Positions 43,603 to 52,156 of a stretch of 64,000 bases of DNA are shown here, piece after piece. The position numbers and the translations under genes were made by a program. The notes under the pieces are model-generated. The model was given only the letters and a program-made list of their open reading frames with translations. It had not been told where the DNA came from and searched no databases. Position 1 is the stretch's first letter. Every line of letters starts with the position of its first letter. The stretch spans positions 1 to 64,000 of the IMG/VR virus record IMGVR_UViG_3300035424_000154; one strand, written 5' to 3'. This DNA comes from a virus (lineage: Duplodnaviria; Caudoviricetes).

Positions 43603-45099
43603 ATGATTTCATACAATCCTTTGCTGTGCCTGGACTTCTATAAGACAGCGCACGCGGAGCAGTATCCTGAAACGCTGACCAAAATGGTATCCTACTACAC
43701 GCCCCGTATGACCCGCCTGCCTGACGTGAATAAGATCACGATGTTTGGTTTGCAGGCGTTTATTCAGGAATACCTGATTGAGGCGTTCAACACCTACTTT
43801 TTCAACCGTCCTCTCGGCGAGGTTATGAAAGAGTACGTTCGGATTCTGGGCTGTACCATTGGCACAGTTGGTGTTGGCTATGGTCGTGTGAAAGCGCTTC
43901 ACGAGTTGGGCTACCTGCCCCTTATGATTCGTGCTGTGCCGGAGGGTACTCGCACCGACATCCATGTCCCGCAAATCGAAATCTCGAATACCAACCCCCA
44001 CTTTGTCTGGTTGGTCAACAGCATTGAAACTATGCTGTCCTGCTCCATGTGGCACACTCAGATCTCAGCTGAGGTGGGATACCGTTATCGGCAGATTGTC
44101 AACGAGTTTGCTGATATCACCTGCGACGACAGCGTGGTGCGGGCAAAGCTCCTGGGCGACTTTTCTATGCGTGGTCAGGAAAGTGTTGAGAGCGCCACCA
44201 AGAGTTCTGCTGCATTCTGCCTGAGCTTTTTGAATACGGCCACTGTGCCGGCCATCCTCTGGCTGGAAAAGAATTATGCCTGCCGTGTTGAGAATGAGCC
44301 TGTGGCTTACGGTGCTCTGTCCACTGAGCATAGTGTCATGTGTTCCAACTACGCTGTGGACGGTGATGAGGTAACACACATCAAGCGTCTGTTGAAAGAG
44401 GTTTATCCGCACCAGAACTTCTCTATGGTCAGTGACAGCTATGACTACTGGAACCTGGTAGACAATATTCTTCCTCAGATCAAGGACGACGTTCTGGCAC
44501 ATGATGGGTGTCTCGCCGTTCGTGGAGATAGTGGCGACCCCGTAGAGGTCGTAACTAAGACCGTGTTCAAACTGTGGGATATCTTTGGCGGCACTGTAAA
44601 CAGCAAGGGCTACAAAGTTCTTGATCCGCACGTTAAGGCACTCTATGGTGATAGTATTACTCCACAGCGCTGCGAGGCGATCTATCAGATTCTCATGGAG
44701 CGTGGGTTCGCTATCGACAACGTCTCGTTGGGTGTTGGTTCCTTCTCCATGCAGTGTCTGGAGACAACGGACGGTAATAGCAAGGCTTATGCGCCTTATA
44801 CCCGTGATACCTTTGGCATCGCTGTCAAGGCTACTTATGCTGAGGATTATAAGGGCAAGCCCATTATGATTTACAAGAATCCCAAGACCGATAGCAGTCA
44901 TTTTAAGAAGTCCCAGCGTGGGTGTTGCCGTGTTATATATGACTTCCACAGCGACACCTATCAGTACCAAGATGGTTTGACATGGGCGCAGGCTAATATG
45001 CCTGGAAACTGGCTGGTCCCCGTGTTCAAAAACGGCCAGATGCTCCGTGTTTTTACCTTGGGCGAGGTACGCAAAAATCTCCATGGAGGTGAGTTTTAA
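43603..45099 (+). CDS. Nicotinamide/nicotinate phosphoribosyltransferase, Nampt fold (Namat candidate)
   Basis: DFYK, DFSMRG, STEHSV, SDSYDYW, RGDSGDP, YGDSIT. Confidence 0.9.
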   Translation: MISYNPLLCLDFYKTAHAEQYPETLTKMVSYYTPRMTRLPDVNKITMFGLQAFIQEYLIEAFNTYFFNRPLGEVMKEYVRILGCTIGTVGVGYGRVKALHELGYLPLMIRAVPEGTRTDIHVPQIEISNTNPHFVWLVNSIETMLSCSMWHTQISAEVGYRYRQIVNEFADITCDDSVVRAKLLGDFSMRGQESVESATKSSAAFCLSFLNTATVPAILWLEKNYACRVENEPVAYGALSTEHSVMCSNYAVDGDEVTHIKRLLKEVYPHQNFSMVSDSYDYWNLVDNILPQIKDDVLAHDGCLAVRGDSGDPVEVVTKTVFKLWDIFGGTVNSKGYKVLDPHVKALYGDSITPQRCEAIYQILMERGFAIDNVSLGVGSFSMQCLETTDGNSKAYAPYTRDTFGIAVKATYAEDYKGKPIMIYKNPKTDSSHFKKSQRGCCRVIYDFHSDTYQYQDGLTWAQANMPGNWLVPVFKNGQMLRVFTLGEVRKNLHGGEF

Positions 45100-45833
45100 T
45101 GTTGTCCGATCCGAAGCGAACCAAGGATGAGATTGTCAAGTGGATTCGTGACTATTTCAATGTGAACGGCCCCAACTGTGACGCTGTGATTGGCATTTCT
45201 GGTGGCAAAGATTCGAGTGTCGTCGCTGCTCTCTGTGTTGAAGCTCTAGGGAAGGAAAGAGTAGTTGGCGTCCTTATGCCGTGTGGGGAGCAGGCTGATA
45301 TCGAGGACAGTAAACGGATCGTGGAGCATCTTGGTATCCGGTCGTATCTGGTAAATATCCAGAGTCCTGTTGACTCCATTTTGTTCAGACTCCGTATTAA
45401 AATGGACGTTAGTGAGCAGACAAAAACGAACCTGCCTGCTCGTATCCGCATGGCTACACTCTATGCTGTTGCTCAGTCTCTTTCTAATGGTGGGCGGGTA
45501 GCTAATACCTGTAATCGCTCTGAAGACTTTGTGGGGTACTCTACGAAATTTGGTGACAGCGCCGGAGATTTCAGCCCTCTTGCTAATCTTATGGTGCATG
45601 AAGTGATCCAAATTGGCTATGAGCTGGGGATTCCTGTTGACTTGGTGGATAAGGTTCCGTCTGACGGCCTGTGCGGTAAGACAGATGAAGATAACCTTGG
45701 CTTTACCTATGCCCAGCTTGATAATTATATCAGCAAAGGTACGTCCGGTTCTATGGATATCGACAAGAGAATTTCCGACCTACACGCCCACAACCTTCAC
45801 AAGCTCACTCCTATGCCTATGTACTGTTTTTGA
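45099..45833 (+). CDS. nadE: NH3-dependent NAD+ synthetase
   Basis: GISGGKDS, NLPARIRM, GYSTKFGD, PSDGL; no glutaminase domain. Confidence 0.95.
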   Translation: MLSDPKRTKDEIVKWIRDYFNVNGPNCDAVIGISGGKDSSVVAALCVEALGKERVVGVLMPCGEQADIEDSKRIVEHLGIRSYLVNIQSPVDSILFRLRIKMDVSEQTKTNLPARIRMATLYAVAQSLSNGGRVANTCNRSEDFVGYSTKFGDSAGDFSPLANLMVHEVIQIGYELGIPVDLVDKVPSDGLCGKTDEDNLGFTYAQLDNYISKGTSGSMDIDKRISDLHAHNLHKLTPMPMYCF

Positions 45834-45843
45834 GGTAAATTCA

Positions 45844-46614
45844 ATGGTTACACAATCGAATAATTGTATACATGATGACTGTGTACATTGTAAAGATGGT
45901 AGTTGTAATTGTTTATCAGATGGTACATTCTTCGGAGATAATTGTCCTCTTTATCGAAGGTTTTATTTGAACAAAGTTGAAATCTGTGATGCAATGGAAG
46001 CTCTTGATCGGATTAAAGGAGTCGCGGATCTACTTGTAACAGATCCACCATATAAAACAATTACGGGTGGGGACTCTGATGGTAAAAACTCTGTTCGTCC
46101 AAAGGGGATGTTGGGCGGGAACCGAAAACTGTTTGATTATCAAACAGAATTAAAACCATCTGATTGGATGTCAAAGGTATACGCTGCGTTAAAAGACAAC
46201 ACTCAAGCGTACATATTTACTAATGTACTCAATTTGGAGGAGATGCTGGCAGCAGCAAGAAGCGTAGGATTTAAGCTACACAATGTTTTGGTCTGGGAAA
46301 AGAATAACTGTACTCCTTCACAATACTACATGAAGAACTGTGAGTATATTCTCTTCCTTCGTAAAGGTAAAGCAAAATACGTCAATAACATTGGAGCGAG
46401 CAAAACAGTTCACCAATTTGCGAATGTTCGAGGGAAGCGTCATCCGTGTGAAAAGCCAGTTGATTTATTGCGATTCTATATTGAAAATTCAAGTATCCCT
46501 GGTGATATCGTGTTAGATCCCTTTGCAGGATGTGGAAGCACTATGGAAGCGGCATTATCGTGTGGTCGAGATTTTGTGGGGTTTGAAATCAATCCTCAAT
46601 GGAGGGCAAATTAA
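45844..46614 (+). CDS. Beta-class N4/N6 DNA methyltransferase with Cys-rich N-terminus
   Basis: TDPPY before HPCEKP and DPFAGCGST; AT-richer. Confidence 0.9.
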   Translation: MVTQSNNCIHDDCVHCKDGSCNCLSDGTFFGDNCPLYRRFYLNKVEICDAMEALDRIKGVADLLVTDPPYKTITGGDSDGKNSVRPKGMLGGNRKLFDYQTELKPSDWMSKVYAALKDNTQAYIFTNVLNLEEMLAAARSVGFKLHNVLVWEKNNCTPSQYYMKNCEYILFLRKGKAKYVNNIGASKTVHQFANVRGKRHPCEKPVDLLRFYIENSSIPGDIVLDPFAGCGSTMEAALSCGRDFVGFEINPQWRAN

Positions 46615-46616
46615 GT

Positions 46617-46763
46617 ATGGAAGAGGACAAAGTTTGTTTTAACTGTGCCTTTTGTAGTGAAAGCTATCCAAGTTTTGTGGATACTTGCGATGTTGATGAT
46701 CATGTAGTCCGTGATGTATGTCATGAAACTTGTGAGAACTTTCTAAGGTTGGATGAGGAGTGA
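46617..46763 (+). CDS. Small Cys-rich protein (48 aa)
   Basis: MEEDKVCFNCAFC...; GGAGG RBS; translated by hand. Confidence 0.55.
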   Translation: MEEDKVCFNCAFCSESYPSFVDTCDVDDHVVRDVCHETCENFLRLDEE

Positions 46764-46972
46764 TTGGTCAGGGTAATCCAGTCAATGTTGGTTCTGGCTT
46801 TTCAGATGAGCAACGTGTAAAATTTTGGAAACATCGGGACGAGCTGATTGGAGTTCTTTGTGAAGTTAAGTATAAAGAGATTTCCAGTGATAAGAAAACC
46901 AAAGCTCATAGCTTACGATTTCCAACCTTTGAGACGTTACGAACTGATAAGAAGGATGTCAGCTATGGATAA
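46760..46972 (+). pseudogene. Isolated C-terminal OB-fold of an ATP-dependent DNA ligase
   Basis: VNVGSGFSDEQR..FW...LIG...EVKY...SLRFP.F...R.DK; no adenylation domain upstream. Confidence 0.7.
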
Positions 46973-47001
46973 GGGGTAAGAGCAGAATAAAAAATCACAT
47001 T

Positions 47002-47047
47002 GAAGCAAAAATACATAGTTGACAGTGTGAAAATAGTGTGATACAAT
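47002..47047 (+). promoter_or_regulatory. 17-bp motif abutting a consensus sigmaA promoter
   Basis: GAAGCAAAAATACATAG then TTGACA (47019)-N17-TGnTACAAT (47047). Confidence 0.85.
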
Positions 47048-47097
47048 AAAGGGGAAGTGAGGGATGCTCACATTGCTCCCTCACATCTCTCCCCAAA

Positions 47098-47114
47098 GAA
47101 ACAAAAATACATAG
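47098..47114 (+). promoter_or_regulatory. 17-bp repeated motif
   Basis: GAAACAAAAATACATAG before the AGGAGG RBS. Confidence 0.7.
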
Positions 47115-47131
47115 TTCAGGAGGAGTTACCA

Positions 47132-48798
47132 TTGAATTATCAGACTGCCCTTTTCTGCGAGTTTGATAAGTACGCCGCAGAAAGCTATTGCGCAGTTCAT
47201 GGCGTTGATCCGAGTCTTAACATCGGCGATATAACCCAGGCCGATGAGACGGTTGTCCCTGATTTCAACGTTATGTTCGGTGGGAGTCCGTGTCAGGACT
47301 TTAGCATAGCGGGCAAACAGGGGGGGGCTGCATGGAGCTGTAAAGACTGCGGTCATATTTACAACCCCTTAGAGGCTCGCTACGATCAGCGCGATTGCTG
47401 TCCCAAGTGTGGTTCAACCACTATTGAGAAGACCCGATCTTCCCTACTTGTTGAGTGGCTACGTTTTCTCAGAGAAAAGGAACCTCGCTTCGCTATTTAC
47501 GAGAATGTCAAAAACATCACTGGCTCGCGTTTCCGCTCTACTTTCGACCTCTTTGTCAAAGAGCTGGAGGACTACGGTTACAACGTCTATTGGAAGGTTC
47601 TGAACGCGAAAAACTATGGTATCCCTCAGAACCGTGAGCGTGTCTATTGTGTCATTATCCGCAAGGACATGGACAACGGGAACTTCAAGTTCCCCGCTCC
47701 GATTCCGCTGAAAAAAGCACTGGTGGATATGCTTGATGACAAGGTTGACGAACGCTACTACCTGTCCGACGATAAGGTAGCTGCCATGATCACCCCCCCC
47801 ACTCAAACAGATCAGTAACACAGTCCGTACCAGCGGAAGAGGCTCTACAGACCGTCACTGCTGGGACTTGCTCACTTGTCGGCGTGAAGCTGAGCAAGAA
47901 AGGCACTCAGTTTGAAGGATACTGTGATACAGCCTTGACCTTGCTGGCCCGTGATTACAAAGGCTTTGGAAATCAGCAAATGACAGGAGTGGTTGAGAGA
48001 AATGTGTAAACATATTGTCCCTGCCGCTATTCGTGGAAGATATGCGGGGGGGGGACAAGATAGTTCAGCACTTGGAAGTTCGCCCTGATTTTTGTACCAA
48101 CACCTTGACGGGAGTTCAGAAAGATAATGTGCTAATTGAAATATGCGAAAGCGAGGAAACCAATGTGAAAATCGTATGTGAGCAGCGTTGTGACGAAGGT
48201 GTACGCTTTTTTAAGGATGATGTCTGCGGCACCATTCGCACCATTGACGGGGGGGGGCAAAAGAGTAATGGAAATCAGTGAGAAACTTGAAGCGGGTGTC
48301 CGTGTTCGGAAACTAACCCAGCTGGAAGCGTGGCGGCTGATGGGGTTCTCTGACGAGGACTTCTATAAAGCGCAGATCGCAATGAACCAAAATCTATACG
48401 GCGGCAATGACCGTAGCGGCTCCCAGCTTTACAAACAGGCGGGAAATTCCATCGTGGTGGATGTGCTTTGTGCCATTATGCAGGAGTTGTATGATGCCAT
48501 GCCATATCTCTTCGAGGATATGGTGGTTGGCTCCTTCTTCTCCGGTATCGGCGCATTTGAAAAGGCACTTTCCACTTTTGATACCCCTTTTGATAGCGAT
48601 GCAGAAAACTGTCCAGTTGAGAGTGATGAGTTAAGGCAACTCGGATATATCAACGACTACAACGGAGATGCCAACCGTGTTTATGACGGATCAACTGTTG
48701 CTCGTGCCTTGAAAGCTGAGGCTGGGGGAGGTGGAGCAAAGACTGGTTGGTACAAAATCCAACGAAGCGACCTACACAAACCGGCATTTGTCGGATAG
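47132..48798 (+). CDS. Circularly permuted, split C5-cytosine DNA methyltransferase with several TRD-like modules
   Basis: 47132-47818 has EFD, GGSPCQDFS, ENV, PQNRER (motifs II-VIII); 48268-48798 has RKLT..EAWRLMGF, QAGNSI, then SFFSGIGA (IX, X, I); frames change at C8 47793, G9 48046, G9 48249. Confidence 0.85.
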
Positions 48799-48804
48799 AA
48801 AGGG

Positions 48805-49101
48805 ATGATTTCTATGAACATTGAACTGAAAGATCGCAGGGAGGCATACCAGAGGGTCAAACCGAAGTGCTCTAACCGTAAGGCTATGATTCTGAATGTG
48901 CTGACCAGCGGTGATCCTGGGGGTATGACCGCCGACGAAATCGGCGATCGGCTGGTGGCTGATGGCATAATCGCCACCAACAGTCCGAACTTCACCAGGC
49001 CGCGCCTGACAGAACTGAAGGCCGAGGGTGTGGTTGAGGTCGTCGGCAGGCGTCCCGGCAGATCGGGGTGCAACACGGCAGTGTGGAAGGTAAAGCGCTG
49101 A
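48805..49101 (+). CDS. Small winged-helix DNA-binding protein
   Basis: GMTADEI...RPRLTELK..G.VEVVG. Confidence 0.7.
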   Translation: MISMNIELKDRREAYQRVKPKCSNRKAMILNVLTSGDPGGMTADEIGDRLVADGIIATNSPNFTRPRLTELKAEGVVEVVGRRPGRSGCNTAVWKVKR

Positions 49102-49361
49102 TGTATGGCGAGTACACCTGCCTCGATTGCGGCCAGACCTTCGACGAGCCACGACGCTGGGAAGAACGCCATGGGCTGGGCACTCCACCCTATGAGCAGT
49201 TTAGTGGTTGTCCCTATTGTGGCGGGGTTTATACCCGCACTGTTCTGTGTGATGCCTGCGGACAGCCGATAACCGGCGAGTATGTCAAAATCCAACCGAC
49301 CGGCGATTGCTTTTGTGACGAGTGCTTCATGATAAAGTCGCTGGGCGAGGATGATCTGTGA
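49101..49361 (+). CDS. Zinc-finger protein
   Basis: CLDC, CPYC, CDAC, CDEC. Confidence 0.75.
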   Translation: MYGEYTCLDCGQTFDEPRRWEERHGLGTPPYEQFSGCPYCGGVYTRTVLCDACGQPITGEYVKIQPTGDCFCDECFMIKSLGEDDL

Positions 49362-49374
49362 GAGGGGTTTCAAG

Positions 49375-50154
49375 ATGAAAAGCTCAGTCAAAATACGCAT
49401 AAAGAACAACCTGCGTGGTATGGTGCTGCTGGTCTGCTTTATCGCTATCTGGTATGTGGCTTCGTGTTTTACGACGCCCCTGTTTATTCCTGCTCCTGCT
49501 GCTGTGTGGCAAGCAATCGTTGGGCTGGCGGAGACGGGTCAATTACAGAAGGGGTTGCTGTACTCCTTCATGAGGATTACCAGTGCGTCAGCTCTTTCTA
49601 TGCTGGTGGCAATACCCCTCTCGTTGCTGATCTATGGTGTGAAACCCCTCAAAGAAACAATCATGCCGGTCGTCTCGTTCCTACGATATGTACCCGTCAC
49701 CGCGTTCTCCCCGCTCCTGATCCTCTGGTTTGGCATTGATGAGGAAATGAAGATTTCATTCTTGTTCACTGCTACCTTCGTTTACCTACTGCCGTCAATC
49801 CTACTTTGTTTCAACGATGTACCACAAGACCTAATGGACACCGGTAAAACGATTGGAATGACCAGCTGGGAGACAATCAAGGAGATTTTGCTTCCTGCCT
49901 CGCTCCCCTCCATTTGTAACACATTCCTTATGATGTATGGCATTGGTTGGACGTACTGCGCTGTGGTAGAAGCCACTAATGCTAAATACGGGCTGGGCTT
50001 TATCATCAACGTTAGCTCTGCCAGGGGGCGAACAGCGGTAGTGTTTGGGGCAATTATCGTCATTATGGTGTTCAGCTTTGTTTTTGACAAGCTCGGAAAT
50101 ATTTTGATTCAGAAAGTCTTTCGATGGAGGTTCTGCAATGATCAAGTTGAATGA
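49375..50154 (+). CDS. ABC transporter permease (NitT/TauT/SsuC type)
   Basis: Multiple TMs; LRYVP, EAA-like loop, ILLPASLP. Confidence 0.9.
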   Translation: MKSSVKIRIKNNLRGMVLLVCFIAIWYVASCFTTPLFIPAPAAVWQAIVGLAETGQLQKGLLYSFMRITSASALSMLVAIPLSLLIYGVKPLKETIMPVVSFLRYVPVTAFSPLLILWFGIDEEMKISFLFTATFVYLLPSILLCFNDVPQDLMDTGKTIGMTSWETIKEILLPASLPSICNTFLMMYGIGWTYCAVVEATNAKYGLGFIINVSSARGRTAVVFGAIIVIMVFSFVFDKLGNILIQKVFRWRFCNDQVE

Positions 50155-50788
50155 CTTATCCATTGGATATGGCGGTGAGGCCATCCTGGAGCATCTGAAT
50201 ATGGATTTTGACGACGGCCTGATCTACGGTATCTTGGCAAAATCGGGAGCAGGCAAAACGACACTTTTGAAAACCATTGCCGGTCTGATTCCGCCTGTTA
50301 AAGGCCATGTCAGTATTGATGGCGTGTATTATCGGACTTCCAGACGCAATCCGGTGTACATGATACATCAGCGATATTGCAATTTCAACTGGCTCACCTG
50401 TTTGGAAAATGTGTTGATTGCTCAGCGCGATAGGCGAGAACGGTACACAACCGAAAGCCGCGACAATGCCTATTCTGCTCTCTGCCAAGTAGAGTTGGGT
50501 GACTGCAAAGACAAATGGCCGTGTCAGCTCTCTGGTGGTATGCAACAGCGCCTTGCTTTGGCAAGGACGTTGTATGTACAGCCGAAATATCTACTCATGG
50601 ATGAGCCGCTGTCAGCCTTAGATGATCGGACACGCGCCGAAATGCAGCGTCTAATTTTAGACGTACATGAAGCAACAGGCAATACAATCATTATGGTAAC
50701 ACACAGCCAGGACGAAGCGTTCAAAATGTGTGATGAAATAATCAAATTTGAAGCGAAAGGAGTTGTAGACCATGGCAAATCTGCTTGA
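50138..50788 (+). CDS. ABC transporter ATP-binding protein
   Basis: AKSGAGKT, LSGGMQQR, LLMDEP, VTH. Confidence 0.95.
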   Translation: MIKLNDLSIGYGGEAILEHLNMDFDDGLIYGILAKSGAGKTTLLKTIAGLIPPVKGHVSIDGVYYRTSRRNPVYMIHQRYCNFNWLTCLENVLIAQRDRRERYTTESRDNAYSALCQVELGDCKDKWPCQLSGGMQQRLALARTLYVQPKYLLMDEPLSALDDRTRAEMQRLILDVHEATGNTIIMVTHSQDEAFKMCDEIIKFEAKGVVDHGKSA

Positions 50789-51329
50789 ACGCATGGGGCT
50801 GGTTCGTGCCGAATACGATGGCCCGCCCGTTGCGCCCCCGGTACCCCTGTCAGAGATCCCATACGCGCCGGATGTACCGGAGATTGACGCCTCCCAGGTG
50901 TCCTATGAGGATGTCATTCCCTCTATTTATCAGCAAGGCGGGGTGAGTGACGACGATTCGATCTTCAAGATCAAGGCTTACATCGACATCCTGCCCCCAG
51001 AGATGACCAAGGCAAAGAAGCAGGCGTCCATTGCTGGTATTCTCACTGTCAACGGGATCAATGTGGGCAACCTCATCAATGATGGCCTGAATCGCGTTCA
51101 TGTCTTAGAGACTGCGGAGAGCAGTATCAAGGCTGAAAGCGATAAGCTGATCGCTGAAGCTGAGGCGGACATTGAGCACTTGAAGTCTCTGATTGAAAGT
51201 GCTGAGGCAAAAATCCAGGAGTCGAAACAGAAGAGTGCCGATTCCAGCGCTGCCATCCAAAGGGAAAAGGAAGCTATCACCCAGCTTTTGGAGTTTGCAG
51301 ACGGCGTTGCCGGCAAGGAAGGAGAGTAA
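50772..51329 (+). CDS. Coiled-coil hypothetical protein of the ABC/PspA cluster
   Basis: Overlap-coupled; helical C-terminus. Confidence 0.8.
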   Translation: MANLLERMGLVRAEYDGPPVAPPVPLSEIPYAPDVPEIDASQVSYEDVIPSIYQQGGVSDDDSIFKIKAYIDILPPEMTKAKKQASIAGILTVNGINVGNLINDGLNRVHVLETAESSIKAESDKLIAEAEADIEHLKSLIESAEAKIQESKQKSADSSAAIQREKEAITQLLEFADGVAGKEGE

Positions 51330-51331
51330 CT

Positions 51332-52150
51332 ATGGGAATGGTAATTGGAGCGGCAGCGGTTGTATTTGTGCTTGCCCTGATTGTGTTTCCCGGCGTGCGG
51401 CAAAAAATCAGGGTGCTTGTTGGCGGGTTCCTTAATATTTTTGTTGAGGATGTGGCAAAAACGCCCGAGGGCGCAAAAGCTGTGTTCCAGCAGGCCATTG
51501 AGGAAGTACAGAACCGCTACAATAAGGCTGGTGACACCCTAAATCGGTTTAGGGGTGAGCAAGCCTCTGTGCAAAGAGAGCTAAATAGGCTCCGTTCTGA
51601 GCTGCAAGATGTTGAGAAGAAGTGCGAGTCATTGGTCAGGTCGGGCAATATGGCGGATGCTGCCATCTACTCAAACAGACGCGAAGAAATCTTGTTTGAG
51701 ATTTCCCAAAAGGAAGGGTACCTGCGCGAGCTTGATCCGATGATCAGAGAAGCCCAGACTGTTTATGAGGCATATGACAAAAAGCTCCGTGAGCTGAAGA
51801 AGCAAAGCCGCATGACCGTTGAGGAAATGAAGCTGCGGGGCAATATGAAAGACCTCTTGGGTGATCTGGACGAGTTGCGGCGCGATTCCGCAACCGATAA
51901 GCTCTTGGGTGTCGTTCGGGACGGTGCGGAAGATCTTCGCAAAGAGGTTGACGGGGCGATTCTTGTACACGCCAGCCGCACGTCTACCAAAATGTCAACG
52001 GCTGAGAAACACGCGGCACAAGCTCAGTCTGATGCTTACCTACAGTCCCTTGCCGCAAAGTACGGGGGACAGCCTGCTTTGTCGGCTCCTCGTGCTGGTT
52101 TCACACTCAACACTACCGCTAAATCTACCGTCAAAGAAGAAAGGAAGTAA
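51332..52150 (+). CDS. PspA/IM30-like protein with N-terminal TM
   Basis: Long coiled coil; TM anchor. Confidence 0.7.
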   Translation: MGMVIGAAAVVFVLALIVFPGVRQKIRVLVGGFLNIFVEDVAKTPEGAKAVFQQAIEEVQNRYNKAGDTLNRFRGEQASVQRELNRLRSELQDVEKKCESLVRSGNMADAAIYSNRREEILFEISQKEGYLRELDPMIREAQTVYEAYDKKLRELKKQSRMTVEEMKLRGNMKDLLGDLDELRRDSATDKLLGVVRDGAEDLRKEVDGAILVHASRTSTKMSTAEKHAAQAQSDAYLQSLAAKYGGQPALSAPRAGFTLNTTAKSTVKEERK

Positions 52151-52156
52151 TCTGTC

